Source: Nitrosopumilus sp. (lineage in GTDB: Archaea > Thermoproteota > Nitrososphaeria > Nitrososphaerales > Nitrosopumilaceae). From it: a stretch of DNA of 64,000 bases. Positions 39,881 to 49,139 of this stretch are shown here, one piece after another (the stretch's first letter is position 1; each line of letters starts with the position of its first letter). A program made the translations under genes and the position numbers. The notes under the pieces are model-generated. The model was not told the origin of the DNA and made no database searches. It worked only from the letters and a program-made list of their open reading frames with translations. The stretch is from contig OZ241981.1 of assembly GCA_965204345.1 (NCBI GenBank), forward strand, positions 1,504,001-1,568,000, read 5' to 3'.

Positions 39881-42800
39881 ATGAGTAATATGTCTGATGA
39901 AGAATGTCACATAGACAACGAAGACATAATAGACAATGAACATCACATACTCATCGATCATCTTCGTTCTGCCTTGCCAGAAACCAAGAGAGCAAGTATT
40001 GCTGTAGGTTATTTTTTCATCTCGGGATTTTCTGAAATTATGGACAGCTTAGCAAGAATAGAGAACAGTGAAGATCCAAACGACATGATACGCCTGCTAA
40101 TATCCCCCACCACAAACCGTGCTACAGCTGAGGCTCTACTTGCTAGCAATGAGAATTTGGATTCCGTTCGAAAAAATATATCAGTAAAAGAAACCACTGA
40201 TGAGCAGGAAGTAGGAATCATGAAAGACCAAGTGAAAAAAACTTTGGAATACATGCCTCAGACAACAAAAGATCAAGTAGCTGCCAAAAAGATCAGAGAA
40301 TTAATTCAAAAGAAAAAGCTACAGGTAAAGGTATACACCAGAGAACAACTACATGCAAAAGCATACATCTTTGAGCTTGATAACACCATAGCTCCACGGA
40401 TGGCAATAGTTGGATCCAGCAATCTTTCAATATCTGGAATAAAGGAACATACTGAATTAAATTTAAAGACCAAGAATGATGCAAATGTCAAAGGTCTGCT
40501 ACAGTGGTTTGATTGTCATTGGAATGATAAAAGTTGTAAGGAATTTACAGAAGAGATTGCAGATATTTTAGATCGATCATGGACAGGCAATGACAACACT
40601 CCTGAAGATGTATACGGCAAGGCATCCTTGTATGAACATGAAAAATTAATAGGTCATGGAGTTGACGGTGAGTCTAATGGAACTAAGGAACTGTTTGACT
40701 TTCAAAATAAGGCTGTCAGTGAGGCACTTACAAAACTCGATAATTACAATGGCGTGATCATTGCAGATGTGGTTGGCACAGGCAAGTCATATATTGGTAG
40801 TGAGATACTGAAGCGTCTCAAGGATTATCAACACGCAAAACCTTTGGTGATCTGTCCTCCACATCTAATTGAAATGTGGAGAAATCTTTTGCGCGATTTT
40901 GACATTTATGGAGAAGTAGAATCCAGATTTAAAATAGGTATGGATGATAATGTGTTACGTCGTTATACACATTGTGATGTGATACTGATAGATGAGAGCC
41001 ATAACTTTAGACATCACGATACCAATGCATATCAAGCACTGTCTGCATTTATGGAAGAAAAGACCGATGAGGCAAAAATGATAATGCTTACTGCCACACC
41101 AATATCCAACACCATACACGATCTTAAAAACCAGCTAAAGCTATTTCCTACAGAGGGTGTTGAAAGAATACCGCCTGTTGGATCTACCAAATTGGATGAG
41201 TACTTTAAAGGACTAGAAAGTGCAACCAGAGAGGTCAGTCCAGAAGGGGTAATCAAGATCCAAGAACTGTTAAAACATGTACTAATACGCAGAACTCGAA
41301 CCCAGATCATAAAAAAATACGCAAAACGTGATGGTAATAGATATTATATGGACATGAAAGAAGGACGTAAATATTTTCCAAAACGAAAGCTGCAAAATCC
41401 AGAGGAATATGATGCAGATAAGGTATACAACAATGCCTTTGCACAGATAGAAAATGCAATAGAATCACTTCATCTAGCAAGATATGTTCCAGGAAAATAT
41501 ATCAAAGATGAATTTCTCACAGATACAAGATATGCTGATCTTGTAAACATCTCAAGACCAATGTCTGGCATAGTCAGAACATCCCTACTGAAACGAATGG
41601 AAAGCAGCCTAAAGGCCTTTGATACTAGTATCAACAACTACCAGAAAGGATACAGACTATTTAAAAAACAATTAGAGAAGGGTAGAATTCCAATTGGAAA
41701 GGAATTCAAGGATGTAATATACAAAAAGATGGATGATGATTATGATGACAAAGATTATGATGAAGATATTGCAAACATCAAATCAAAATATGATATCAAG
41801 GCATTTGATGTGGATTTGTGGAAAAAAGAGATTGATGAGGATCTTAGCAAGTTTGCTGAAATTGTAGGCCATCTACGAGGTGAGGAATTTACAAAACGAG
41901 ATGACAAACTTCACAAGCTCCGAGATCTGATCAAAGACAAGGATGAAAAGATCTTAATATTCTCAGAATCAGCAGAAACTGTCAAATACATTTATGATTA
42001 CCTGAAAGATGAGCTCCCAAAAGATAGAAAGATAGAAAAGATTGACTCCAAGGTGGATCAAAAGACAAAAACATCGCTAGTGGAGAGATTTGATCCCAAG
42101 AACAACAATGCGGCTGATAAAATACCCGAAAACAAAGAGATTGACATACTGGTAAGCACTGATGTTTTATCAGAAGGAGTAAATCTGCATGCTGGCAAAA
42201 CCGTAATCAACTATGACTTTCACTGGAATCCGGTACGACTCATTCAAAGAGTCGGAAGACTGGACAGGATTGGTTCAGAGCATCCGATAATCGATATTTT
42301 CAATTTTCTACCTACAACAAAAATTGACATAGCACTATCATTACAGGAAAGAGTATCTGAAAAAATTAGAACAATTCGTAGAATAATTGGTTCTGACCAA
42401 CAAATATTGGTGGCAACAGAAGACATTGATGAAAAAGGCATATCGCCAATATACAATCCTGATGACAATGATGACATATCAGATCCAGAGATACAGAGTG
42501 GCATTTTCGACATAGAGGAAACAGATTCTGAAAAACATGCAGATGATATAAGCCAAGATAAGGAGAAGAAAAATTATTTTGACAATTTACCGTTTGGAAT
42601 AAGGGCAGTAACTGGTTCAGACAAGCTCATAATAGCATGCGAGGCAGAAGGATCAATTTTGGATCAAGACGGAAGGGGTAATCTCGGTACAGCATTTAGA
42701 AAGCATTATGAAATAACAAAAAATGGAAATCTGAATTCCATAACTCCATCATCTTTTCTCAAACAGATTGGTAACAACATCAACCATACAGGAAAATGTG

Positions 42801-43252
42801 ATGACTTGCAGTACAATGATTTAGTAGGCATTGCGTGGAAACGGTTCGTACGGGATATGAAAAATGAATCAGTCCGAAATACAGAGCGTAAACATCAGAT
42901 ATTTTTTGATAAAAAATTGACACGTATTGCAACACATGATAGGTCTCTTGCAGAACGTGCAAAGAAACTAAAACCGTTTGTGACTGCTGAAAAGTCCGCC
43001 ATGCTAGCATCACGAGCTACACTTGCAGAACGTGCAAAGAAACTAAAACCGTTTGTGACATCTAGAATGAGGCACACACATCAGCCTTATAGAAGCCTGT
43101 CTGAGTTGCACAGACAGATTGACAAAGACGTTTCAATGAATGATGCTACGATAATTGATGAACTTGAAAAAATCCAAAAAAAATACGGCCACATCAAATA
43201 TACAAAGACCATCAAAAAGCCCAGAATATTATACAGTATGATGGTGAGCTAA
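39881..43252 (+). CDS. PLD-family nuclease + SF2 (SNF2-like) helicase, putative restriction/motor subunit
   Basis: AVGYF, HAKAYIFE...GSSNLS (PLD HKD-like), Walker A VGTGKS, DESH, LTATP, SEGVNL and QRVGRLDR motifs. Confidence 0.9.
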   Translation: MSNMSDEECHIDNEDIIDNEHHILIDHLRSALPETKRASIAVGYFFISGFSEIMDSLARIENSEDPNDMIRLLISPTTNRATAEALLASNENLDSVRKNISVKETTDEQEVGIMKDQVKKTLEYMPQTTKDQVAAKKIRELIQKKKLQVKVYTREQLHAKAYIFELDNTIAPRMAIVGSSNLSISGIKEHTELNLKTKNDANVKGLLQWFDCHWNDKSCKEFTEEIADILDRSWTGNDNTPEDVYGKASLYEHEKLIGHGVDGESNGTKELFDFQNKAVSEALTKLDNYNGVIIADVVGTGKSYIGSEILKRLKDYQHAKPLVICPPHLIEMWRNLLRDFDIYGEVESRFKIGMDDNVLRRYTHCDVILIDESHNFRHHDTNAYQALSAFMEEKTDEAKMIMLTATPISNTIHDLKNQLKLFPTEGVERIPPVGSTKLDEYFKGLESATREVSPEGVIKIQELLKHVLIRRTRTQIIKKYAKRDGNRYYMDMKEGRKYFPKRKLQNPEEYDADKVYNNAFAQIENAIESLHLARYVPGKYIKDEFLTDTRYADLVNISRPMSGIVRTSLLKRMESSLKAFDTSINNYQKGYRLFKKQLEKGRIPIGKEFKDVIYKKMDDDYDDKDYDEDIANIKSKYDIKAFDVDLWKKEIDEDLSKFAEIVGHLRGEEFTKRDDKLHKLRDLIKDKDEKILIFSESAETVKYIYDYLKDELPKDRKIEKIDSKVDQKTKTSLVERFDPKNNNAADKIPENKEIDILVSTDVLSEGVNLHAGKTVINYDFHWNPVRLIQRVGRLDRIGSEHPIIDIFNFLPTTKIDIALSLQERVSEKIRTIRRIIGSDQQILVATEDIDEKGISPIYNPDDNDDISDPEIQSGIFDIEETDSEKHADDISQDKEKKNYFDNLPFGIRAVTGSDKLIIACEAEGSILDQDGRGNLGTAFRKHYEITKNGNLNSITPSSFLKQIGNNINHTGKCDDLQYNDLVGIAWKRFVRDMKNESVRNTERKHQIFFDKKLTRIATHDRSLAERAKKLKPFVTAEKSAMLASRATLAERAKKLKPFVTSRMRHTHQPYRSLSELHRQIDKDVSMNDATIIDELEKIQKKYGHIKYTKTIKKPRILYSMMVS
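42947..43059 (+). repeat. In-frame 38-bp direct repeat with a 37-bp spacer in the helicase C-terminus
   Basis: CTTGCAGAACGTGCAAAGAAACTAAAACCGTTTGTGAC at 42947-42984 and 43022-43059; LAERAKKLKPFVT appears twice. Confidence 0.92.
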
Positions 43253-46200
43253 TGAGTTTTGATGAGCACATAAAACCACTGCAAAGAGATTTTCAGAATG
43301 TAGGGTACACTACAATCCGGGAACCGTGGGATACCAGCAGACTTTGCAACGAAGACGCTGTGATAGATGTGGAAATAATTGCAAGGAAGGATTATTTCAA
43401 TATTTTGTATCTTGAGGCAGAATCAAATTGGAGGGGATTATCCAGTCAAGTAGCCCAAAAAAACACAAATCCCTGTATGGTGATTACCCGATACGGCGAT
43501 ACACATCACATCTTTACTACAATGAGAGATCACGGAACTTTGCATGCAAAGCCTCGACATGTCATATTGAGGACAGAGATTAAAAAAGAGTTGATTGTCA
43601 AATTCATTCACGAGATTAAGGTTAACGTAAATGATGAACACATAGAAGTTGACACAAAAGTACAAAATGCATTTGATAAATTCACTGCATACCAACAGGC
43701 CATTGATGAATTTGCTGAGAATCTTGAAAAAGCGATAAAAAATACACGTGCTATAATAGTCAAGTCATCAAAAGACAGCAAAGACTATGATGTAGAAGCT
43801 GCAAAATTTCTAGACATGTGTCGCAAGGTAATTAGCGATAAGCTAGAACCAAACGACATTACAGAAATGTTATTGCAACATGTCCTAACATACAGAATTT
43901 TTGCCCTGATATATGATGAACACAAGCTTCATACTACAAATGCAGTTGCACGATCTCTCGAAGGATTGATCAACATACTTGGCATGGATGTAAAAGAGAT
44001 TAATGCAAACTATAGTACAATAGAGCTTGTCGCAGAGTCTATCACTGATGCTACAGAAAAACAGGATTTTCTAAAGCAGGTATATGAAACATTTTATGCA
44101 AAGTATGATCCAAAAAACAAGGACAGTTGGGGAATAGCATACACGCCATCAGAAGTAGTAGACTTTATGGTAAAGTCTACAGAACAATTACTTGAGAAAC
44201 ATTTTGGAAGAAATCTCTCTGATGACAATGTCACAATACTTGATCCTGCAACTGGAACCGGAACATTTGTGACATCCGTTTTGAGACATACAAAACCGAC
44301 ATCGCTTGAATCAAAATACAACAATGATATTTTTGCAAATGACATATCTATACTTGCGTATTACATCGCAGCTCTAAACATAGAGAATACCTATCAGGAA
44401 ATAACAGGCAAGATTAAAGAATTTGAGAATATTTGTTGGATGGATACTCTTACAAGCGGTACAAAAGATTTTGGTAAATTAAGCTCATATTTTGACGGAC
44501 AAGACAACGTAAAGCGCATATCAAGGCAACAAACAAAGGACATATGTGTGGTCTTGGGAAACCCGCCGTACAACGCGATACAGGTATCCTTCAATGATGC
44601 TAACCCTGCAGACAAATATCCTGACATTGACCAAAAAATCGAAAAGACTTGGAGCAATACCAATGTGAAAAAAGGTAGCACCAAGTATGACATGTACAAA
44701 CGGTTTCTTAAGTGGTCAAGTGAGCGTATCAAGAAAAATGGCATGGTTGTGTTTATTAGCAATAATTCTTTTCTTGATGCAAAGTCAGATGACGGTTTTA
44801 GGAGAGCAGTATATGAGGAATTTGATTACATCTATACTGTAAATTTAAAAGGAAATGCAAGAACATCTGGTGAGCTACGACGAGAACAAGCAGGCAATGT
44901 ATTTCGAGATACTATCAAGGTAGGAATCACCATATCGTTCTTCGTTAAAACTAGTGAGAATAAATCAGAGATTCATTATACTGAGATAGATAACTACCTA
45001 AAAAGCGAAGAGAAGCTCAAATGGCTTGCGGACAACTCGCTTTCTACACTATCACTAAGGCAAATAATGCCTGACAAGGAGGCTAATTGGCTTAACCAGA
45101 CCAATAATGATTTTGATGAGTTGGTTCCTGTGGTAAATGATGTCAACTCTGTATTTAAGAAGTTTTCATACGGTTCTCAATCAAATCGAGATGAATGGGT
45201 ATATGATTTTGATAAAAAAAGATTAGAAAATAAAATCAAATATTTTTCCACATTTTATAATCGTCAAATTGTTACATATGAAAATACAACAAAGTCTGTA
45301 AAAGAAATTGGGAAAGAGGTAGACAAAACAATAAAATGGACTAGAGGTGGATTAAATCATTTATTGCGCGGTAATCGCTTATCTTACACCAAAACAAATA
45401 TTCAAAAGACAATGTATAGGCCGTTCGTAGTAAAATATCAATACTTTGACAAAATAATAATCGAGTGGTTAAGAAAATTTCCTAGTATATTCCAAGATTC
45501 CAAGCCAAACATGTTAATTGGATTTCCAAATCCCAAGACTAACATACCATTCCATACATTAGTAGCTGATAAAATTATGGACACAGGCTCTGTTCTTGAT
45601 ACACAATGTATTCCACTTTACATGTATGGAGATAATAACAAACGATACAGTAATATCACAGAGTTTGGTCTAAAATTATTTCAAACATATTACAAAAGTA
45701 GCAAAATAACTTATGAGGACATATTCTATTACACATATGCCATATTCAATGACCCAAAATATTCAGAAAAATATATGTTCAATCTGCAACGAAAATTCCC
45801 GAGAATGCCATTGGCAGAAAATTTCATGGAATGGGTTGGGATAGGTAAAAAACTCTATGATCTTCATGTGGGGTTCGAAAGTGCTAAACCATATCCCCTA
45901 AAGCGAATCGACAAAAAAACCAACAAAAATAACGTCAAATTAAGCCTAAAGAAATCAAAAATAATGATCGATAATCAGACAATTCTTGAAGATATTCCAA
46001 ATCAGGCATTACAATACAAGTTTAGCTCAAAATGTGCACTAGAATGGATTTTGGAATTCTATAAGGAATCAAAAAATCAAATATCAGACAAGTCATGTGA
46101 TGATCCCAAAATTAGGAAAAAATTCAACACATACAAGTTTGCTGATTACAAGGAACATGTGATAGATCTGTTACGAAGAGTAACAACCGTCTCAGTCGAA

Positions 46201-46413
46201 ACTATGAGATTGAGAACAGAATTAGAAAATATGCCTTGGGGCAAACAACCAAAACTAAATCTGGATAAATCAAAAGGAGAACAAACTATCTCAAAAGTAT
46301 TCAAGAAAACTAAAAAGAGCAAAAAAGTAGCAAAAAAAACCCGCAAGAAAACAAAACAGGCAGCCGGTATGCAAGAAACACTTGACGACCATGGTCAAAA
46401 AAGGCTGCTCTAA
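43252..46413 (+). CDS. N6-adenine DNA methyltransferase with Type ISP-like C-terminal specificity domain (complete allele)
   Basis: YTPSEVVDFMV, ILDPATGTGTF (motif I) and GNPPY (motif IV). NLKGN, RDEWVY, YRPF, IFYYTYAIF...Y...L...PR.P and ALEWI are typical of Type ISP C-terminal domains. Coupled to the helicase through TAATG. Confidence 0.9.
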   Translation: MSFDEHIKPLQRDFQNVGYTTIREPWDTSRLCNEDAVIDVEIIARKDYFNILYLEAESNWRGLSSQVAQKNTNPCMVITRYGDTHHIFTTMRDHGTLHAKPRHVILRTEIKKELIVKFIHEIKVNVNDEHIEVDTKVQNAFDKFTAYQQAIDEFAENLEKAIKNTRAIIVKSSKDSKDYDVEAAKFLDMCRKVISDKLEPNDITEMLLQHVLTYRIFALIYDEHKLHTTNAVARSLEGLINILGMDVKEINANYSTIELVAESITDATEKQDFLKQVYETFYAKYDPKNKDSWGIAYTPSEVVDFMVKSTEQLLEKHFGRNLSDDNVTILDPATGTGTFVTSVLRHTKPTSLESKYNNDIFANDISILAYYIAALNIENTYQEITGKIKEFENICWMDTLTSGTKDFGKLSSYFDGQDNVKRISRQQTKDICVVLGNPPYNAIQVSFNDANPADKYPDIDQKIEKTWSNTNVKKGSTKYDMYKRFLKWSSERIKKNGMVVFISNNSFLDAKSDDGFRRAVYEEFDYIYTVNLKGNARTSGELRREQAGNVFRDTIKVGITISFFVKTSENKSEIHYTEIDNYLKSEEKLKWLADNSLSTLSLRQIMPDKEANWLNQTNNDFDELVPVVNDVNSVFKKFSYGSQSNRDEWVYDFDKKRLENKIKYFSTFYNRQIVTYENTTKSVKEIGKEVDKTIKWTRGGLNHLLRGNRLSYTKTNIQKTMYRPFVVKYQYFDKIIIEWLRKFPSIFQDSKPNMLIGFPNPKTNIPFHTLVADKIMDTGSVLDTQCIPLYMYGDNNKRYSNITEFGLKLFQTYYKSSKITYEDIFYYTYAIFNDPKYSEKYMFNLQRKFPRMPLAENFMEWVGIGKKLYDLHVGFESAKPYPLKRIDKKTNKNNVKLSLKKSKIMIDNQTILEDIPNQALQYKFSSKCALEWILEFYKESKNQISDKSCDDPKIRKKFNTYKFADYKEHVIDLLRRVTTVSVETMRLRTELENMPWGKQPKLNLDKSKGEQTISKVFKKTKKSKKVAKKTRKKTKQAAGMQETLDDHGQKRLL
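44550..44856. repeat. Inverted repeat block 1, right arm (307 bp)
   Basis: Perfect reverse complement of 38056-38362. Confidence 0.93.
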
Positions 46414-47049
46414 CCTAGAATCTCTGTACTAAGCCATCAGAATATGACTTGCTATTTTTGAGGAATTTTGGAGAAAATTTAGATCCCCGCCTAGATTTAA
46501 TGGTGAAAATTTCATATACTGTTTTCTGAAGTGTCCTATGATGTACTAATGTTCAAATTTTTGTAGAAAGACATGACGATTAAGGACTTTCAGAGGTAAA
46601 ACCATCAAATGAAATCATCAGAGAAAAAAATAGTTATCAGTAATTCTGCTAGCAGGGGCAAATGGCAGGCGTTTTCTAATTGCAGTTTTTTCTTATCTCA
46701 CAAAACCGCTAATCTGCCTTTTTCTTTATGCGTAATGATTTTTTTATTTTATGCGTAAAAACCCTCTTTACCTCAATCCGTCGATTTCTATATGCGTAAC
46801 AAGGGAGGTAACGATTTTCCGTAAAGTCAAGAAAGTTTACGATATGTTACCGTTAACTTGTAATTTTATTTGTTATACTTTCACACCAATCAAAATTAAT
46901 GATATTCCCAAGTGATCTCTTTAGTACTATTGCATCATTCCCAAAAAAAGAATCTTTGGACAGATTACAACCAGTAGGGTATGCCATGCAATAGAAAGAT
47001 GGGTCAAGAGCCTCCGATCCCCTGAAAAGATAACCTAATATGCCCCATC

Positions 47050-47400
47050 ATAGTATGCAAAGTTATCAGTACCAAACATTCTCAGGCTGTTCATTACAGG
47101 CGATAATATGTTATATTTTCACTTTAGCCAAAGAGAATTTTATATCATCAAGATTTGCAGGAATACAACAGATTCAAGCATAATGAAACTCAATCTTGTT
47201 TCTGATAGGAATATCTGTAAGATTGTTGAAAAATTAGGTTTTACAAAAATTCATCAATAAGAAGTCATGTGAGATATGTTCATTCTGATGGTCGTAAGAC
47301 AGTTGTTCTGGTGTATGGTAATGAAATGTTAGGTAGAGGTTTGATTAATGAAATTTCAAGGACAAGACTGGTAGAAGGAACGATTTATTCTAAGTTGGAT
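47050..47400 (+). pseudogene. Degenerate hicB-hicA toxin-antitoxin pair
   Basis: From ATG 47183: MKLNLVSDRNICKIVEKLGFTKIHQ*, then frameshifted SHVRYVHSDGRKTVV...GRGLINEI (HicA pattern). The upstream remnant ends FAGIQQIQA* and overlaps through TAATG (HicB-like). Confidence 0.7.
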
Positions 47401-47894
47401 TATCTGATTGAATACCCATTATTTACAGATTCAAAATGGAGAAATCTTTCACAAATAGTAGATTGTGTAGCTTTTGTATCAGGAAGAAATTCAGGAGAAA
47501 TACAATATTAATACACACCACAAATTGGGACAGATATTATGACATGATAGAAAAGAAATTCCGCAAAGTCAATGGAACTCATCATAGTTATAGATTAAAG
47601 ATTTTTCCAAAATAGAAAGGTTAGGGGAGAAACTCCGCATCACCTTCCCAATGTGACCTAGGTCATTCGCTAATTAAACTAGCAATTGCTGCTTTAAATA
47701 ATTATATTATATGGTAATTACCAACAAAGTAATTTATTTAGATTAACAAACTCGGCATGGAGATTAGTTTGAAAAATCTTATGATGTACATATATTCAAA
47801 TCCCATTTAGGAGATTAAACAATTCAAATTATCATTATGAGTAAAATTTGAACCTAAAAACGATGTAGGAAGCATGGATATGAACAAAAATTAA

Positions 47895-47914
47895 TGGGCC
47901 CTCGTTAGGATTTG
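47895..47914 (-). repeat. att-like copy 3 of tRNA-Asp 3' end
   Basis: TGG-GCCCTCGTTAGGATTTG vs TGGCGCCCTCGGCGGGATTTG (17/21). Preceded by AACAAAAATTAA, like AACAAAATTAG at the tRNA. Confidence 0.6.
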
Positions 47915-48164
47915 TCAAATCTGTCTACTCTTCTCATTTATTTATGGCTAGAAAATTCAAAATTACGTTATAGATCAAAAGCTAGTTCGTAAGAGTTTAA
48001 AGAAATATCAAAGTATCATATTGTATGTATACGCAGGGTAAAACACACACCGTTATGATAGAACAAGACAAAGACGGTTTGCAATATTGTCCATTATGAG
48101 GGACACGTTGCATTGCAAAGAACAGCAACAGCATAAGAAAAATTACAGCAATATTTTATATCAG

Positions 48165-48998
48165 CTAGACTTTGATTAGCGTTGATTTTTTATTCTGTAT
48201 TTTAGTGATGCAGAAATTGGCAAATTCTTTTTCGGTATATTCCACTTCCTTTAGGACACTGTTGACCTTGGTGACTGTTGGGTATTGATCATATGTCCTG
48301 CCTTTGATTGTACGTCCTCCAGACTTTGGTCTGATTCCTCCCCATTGTTTGAAAAAAACACAAACCTTTTGCTTTTTGCATTGTTTTATGATATCTAGAA
48401 TCCACTTTTCTTCTACTTTGCGGTAACCTGGGCCACTTTCTCCTCCAATGATAACCCAGTCAATGTTTTTCAGATTTAGTTGGCCAACTGAACCAATCAA
48501 CGGCTCTATGCTCAAAAATCTTGTATGACATTTTACTTTCCGTAAATCATCAACTCTCCATTTGTAGTCTCGGTTTTCGACACTCACTCCCATCCAAATA
48601 TGTGGAGGTATTTTTTCTCCAAAGTAATCTCTAAACAGTTTTGAGAATTCAAGCATGACATGAGAACGTTTTGTCAGGACCTGATAGAAATGATGATCTG
48701 CTCGTAGCATGGTGTGAAAACAGCTGCCAATGTATTCCATTCTGGATTTTTCATGAAACAAATCCGACATGCTGTTTACAAAAACTTTCTTGCTTTTCTT
48801 CCAAGTCAAAGGTAATTCCAAGTCATCAGGCTGTTCTGTAAACTCAAAATTATTTTTGTATTTTTTTACTCCCATTGCTTTTAGTCTTTTTGAAAGTTTT
48901 TCAGCATAACAATTTGCACAACCGGGAGATATCTTGGTGCACCCTGTTGTAGGATTCCACGTTGCCTCTGTCCATTCAATGGCGGAATTGTTTGCCAT
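48165..48998 (-). CDS. DUF5131 / phage Gp37-Gp68 family three-Cys-motif protein (radical SAM-like)
   Basis: IEWTEATWNPTTGCTKISPGCANCYAE, FVNSMSDLFH, WVIIGGESG and FFKQWGG motifs. Confidence 0.92.
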   Translation of the reverse strand: MANNSAIEWTEATWNPTTGCTKISPGCANCYAEKLSKRLKAMGVKKYKNNFEFTEQPDDLELPLTWKKSKKVFVNSMSDLFHEKSRMEYIGSCFHTMLRADHHFYQVLTKRSHVMLEFSKLFRDYFGEKIPPHIWMGVSVENRDYKWRVDDLRKVKCHTRFLSIEPLIGSVGQLNLKNIDWVIIGGESGPGYRKVEEKWILDIIKQCKKQKVCVFFKQWGGIRPKSGGRTIKGRTYDQYPTVTKVNSVLKEVEYTEKEFANFCITKIQNKKSTLIKV

Positions 48999-49139
48999 AT
49001 TTTTATCAGATCTATACTATTACTAAAATATTCATTTTGTAGATTGCGTTAAATTTTGACTATGGGTGCACGTATGTTCCACTGCGAAAATAAATAGCTC
49101 TAAAAAAATTAATATCATTGAATCATCACAAGGTATTAC

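Noticed and set aside
39743-39961. 72-aa minus-strand hydrophobic ORF
   Set aside because: Overlaps the helicase start on the opposite strand; likely a shadow ORF in AT-rich DNA.
42947-43059. CRISPR-like repeat-spacer-repeat
   Set aside because: Lies in frame within a protein-coding gene and has only two units.
36511-46413. Diversity-generating retroelement (template/variable repeat pair)
   Set aside because: No reverse transcriptase in the window, and differences are block-wise with indels rather than adenine-specific.
47269-47511. 80-aa ORF as an intact gene
   Set aside because: It is the frameshifted 3' part of the hicA pseudogene reading through into unrelated sequence.
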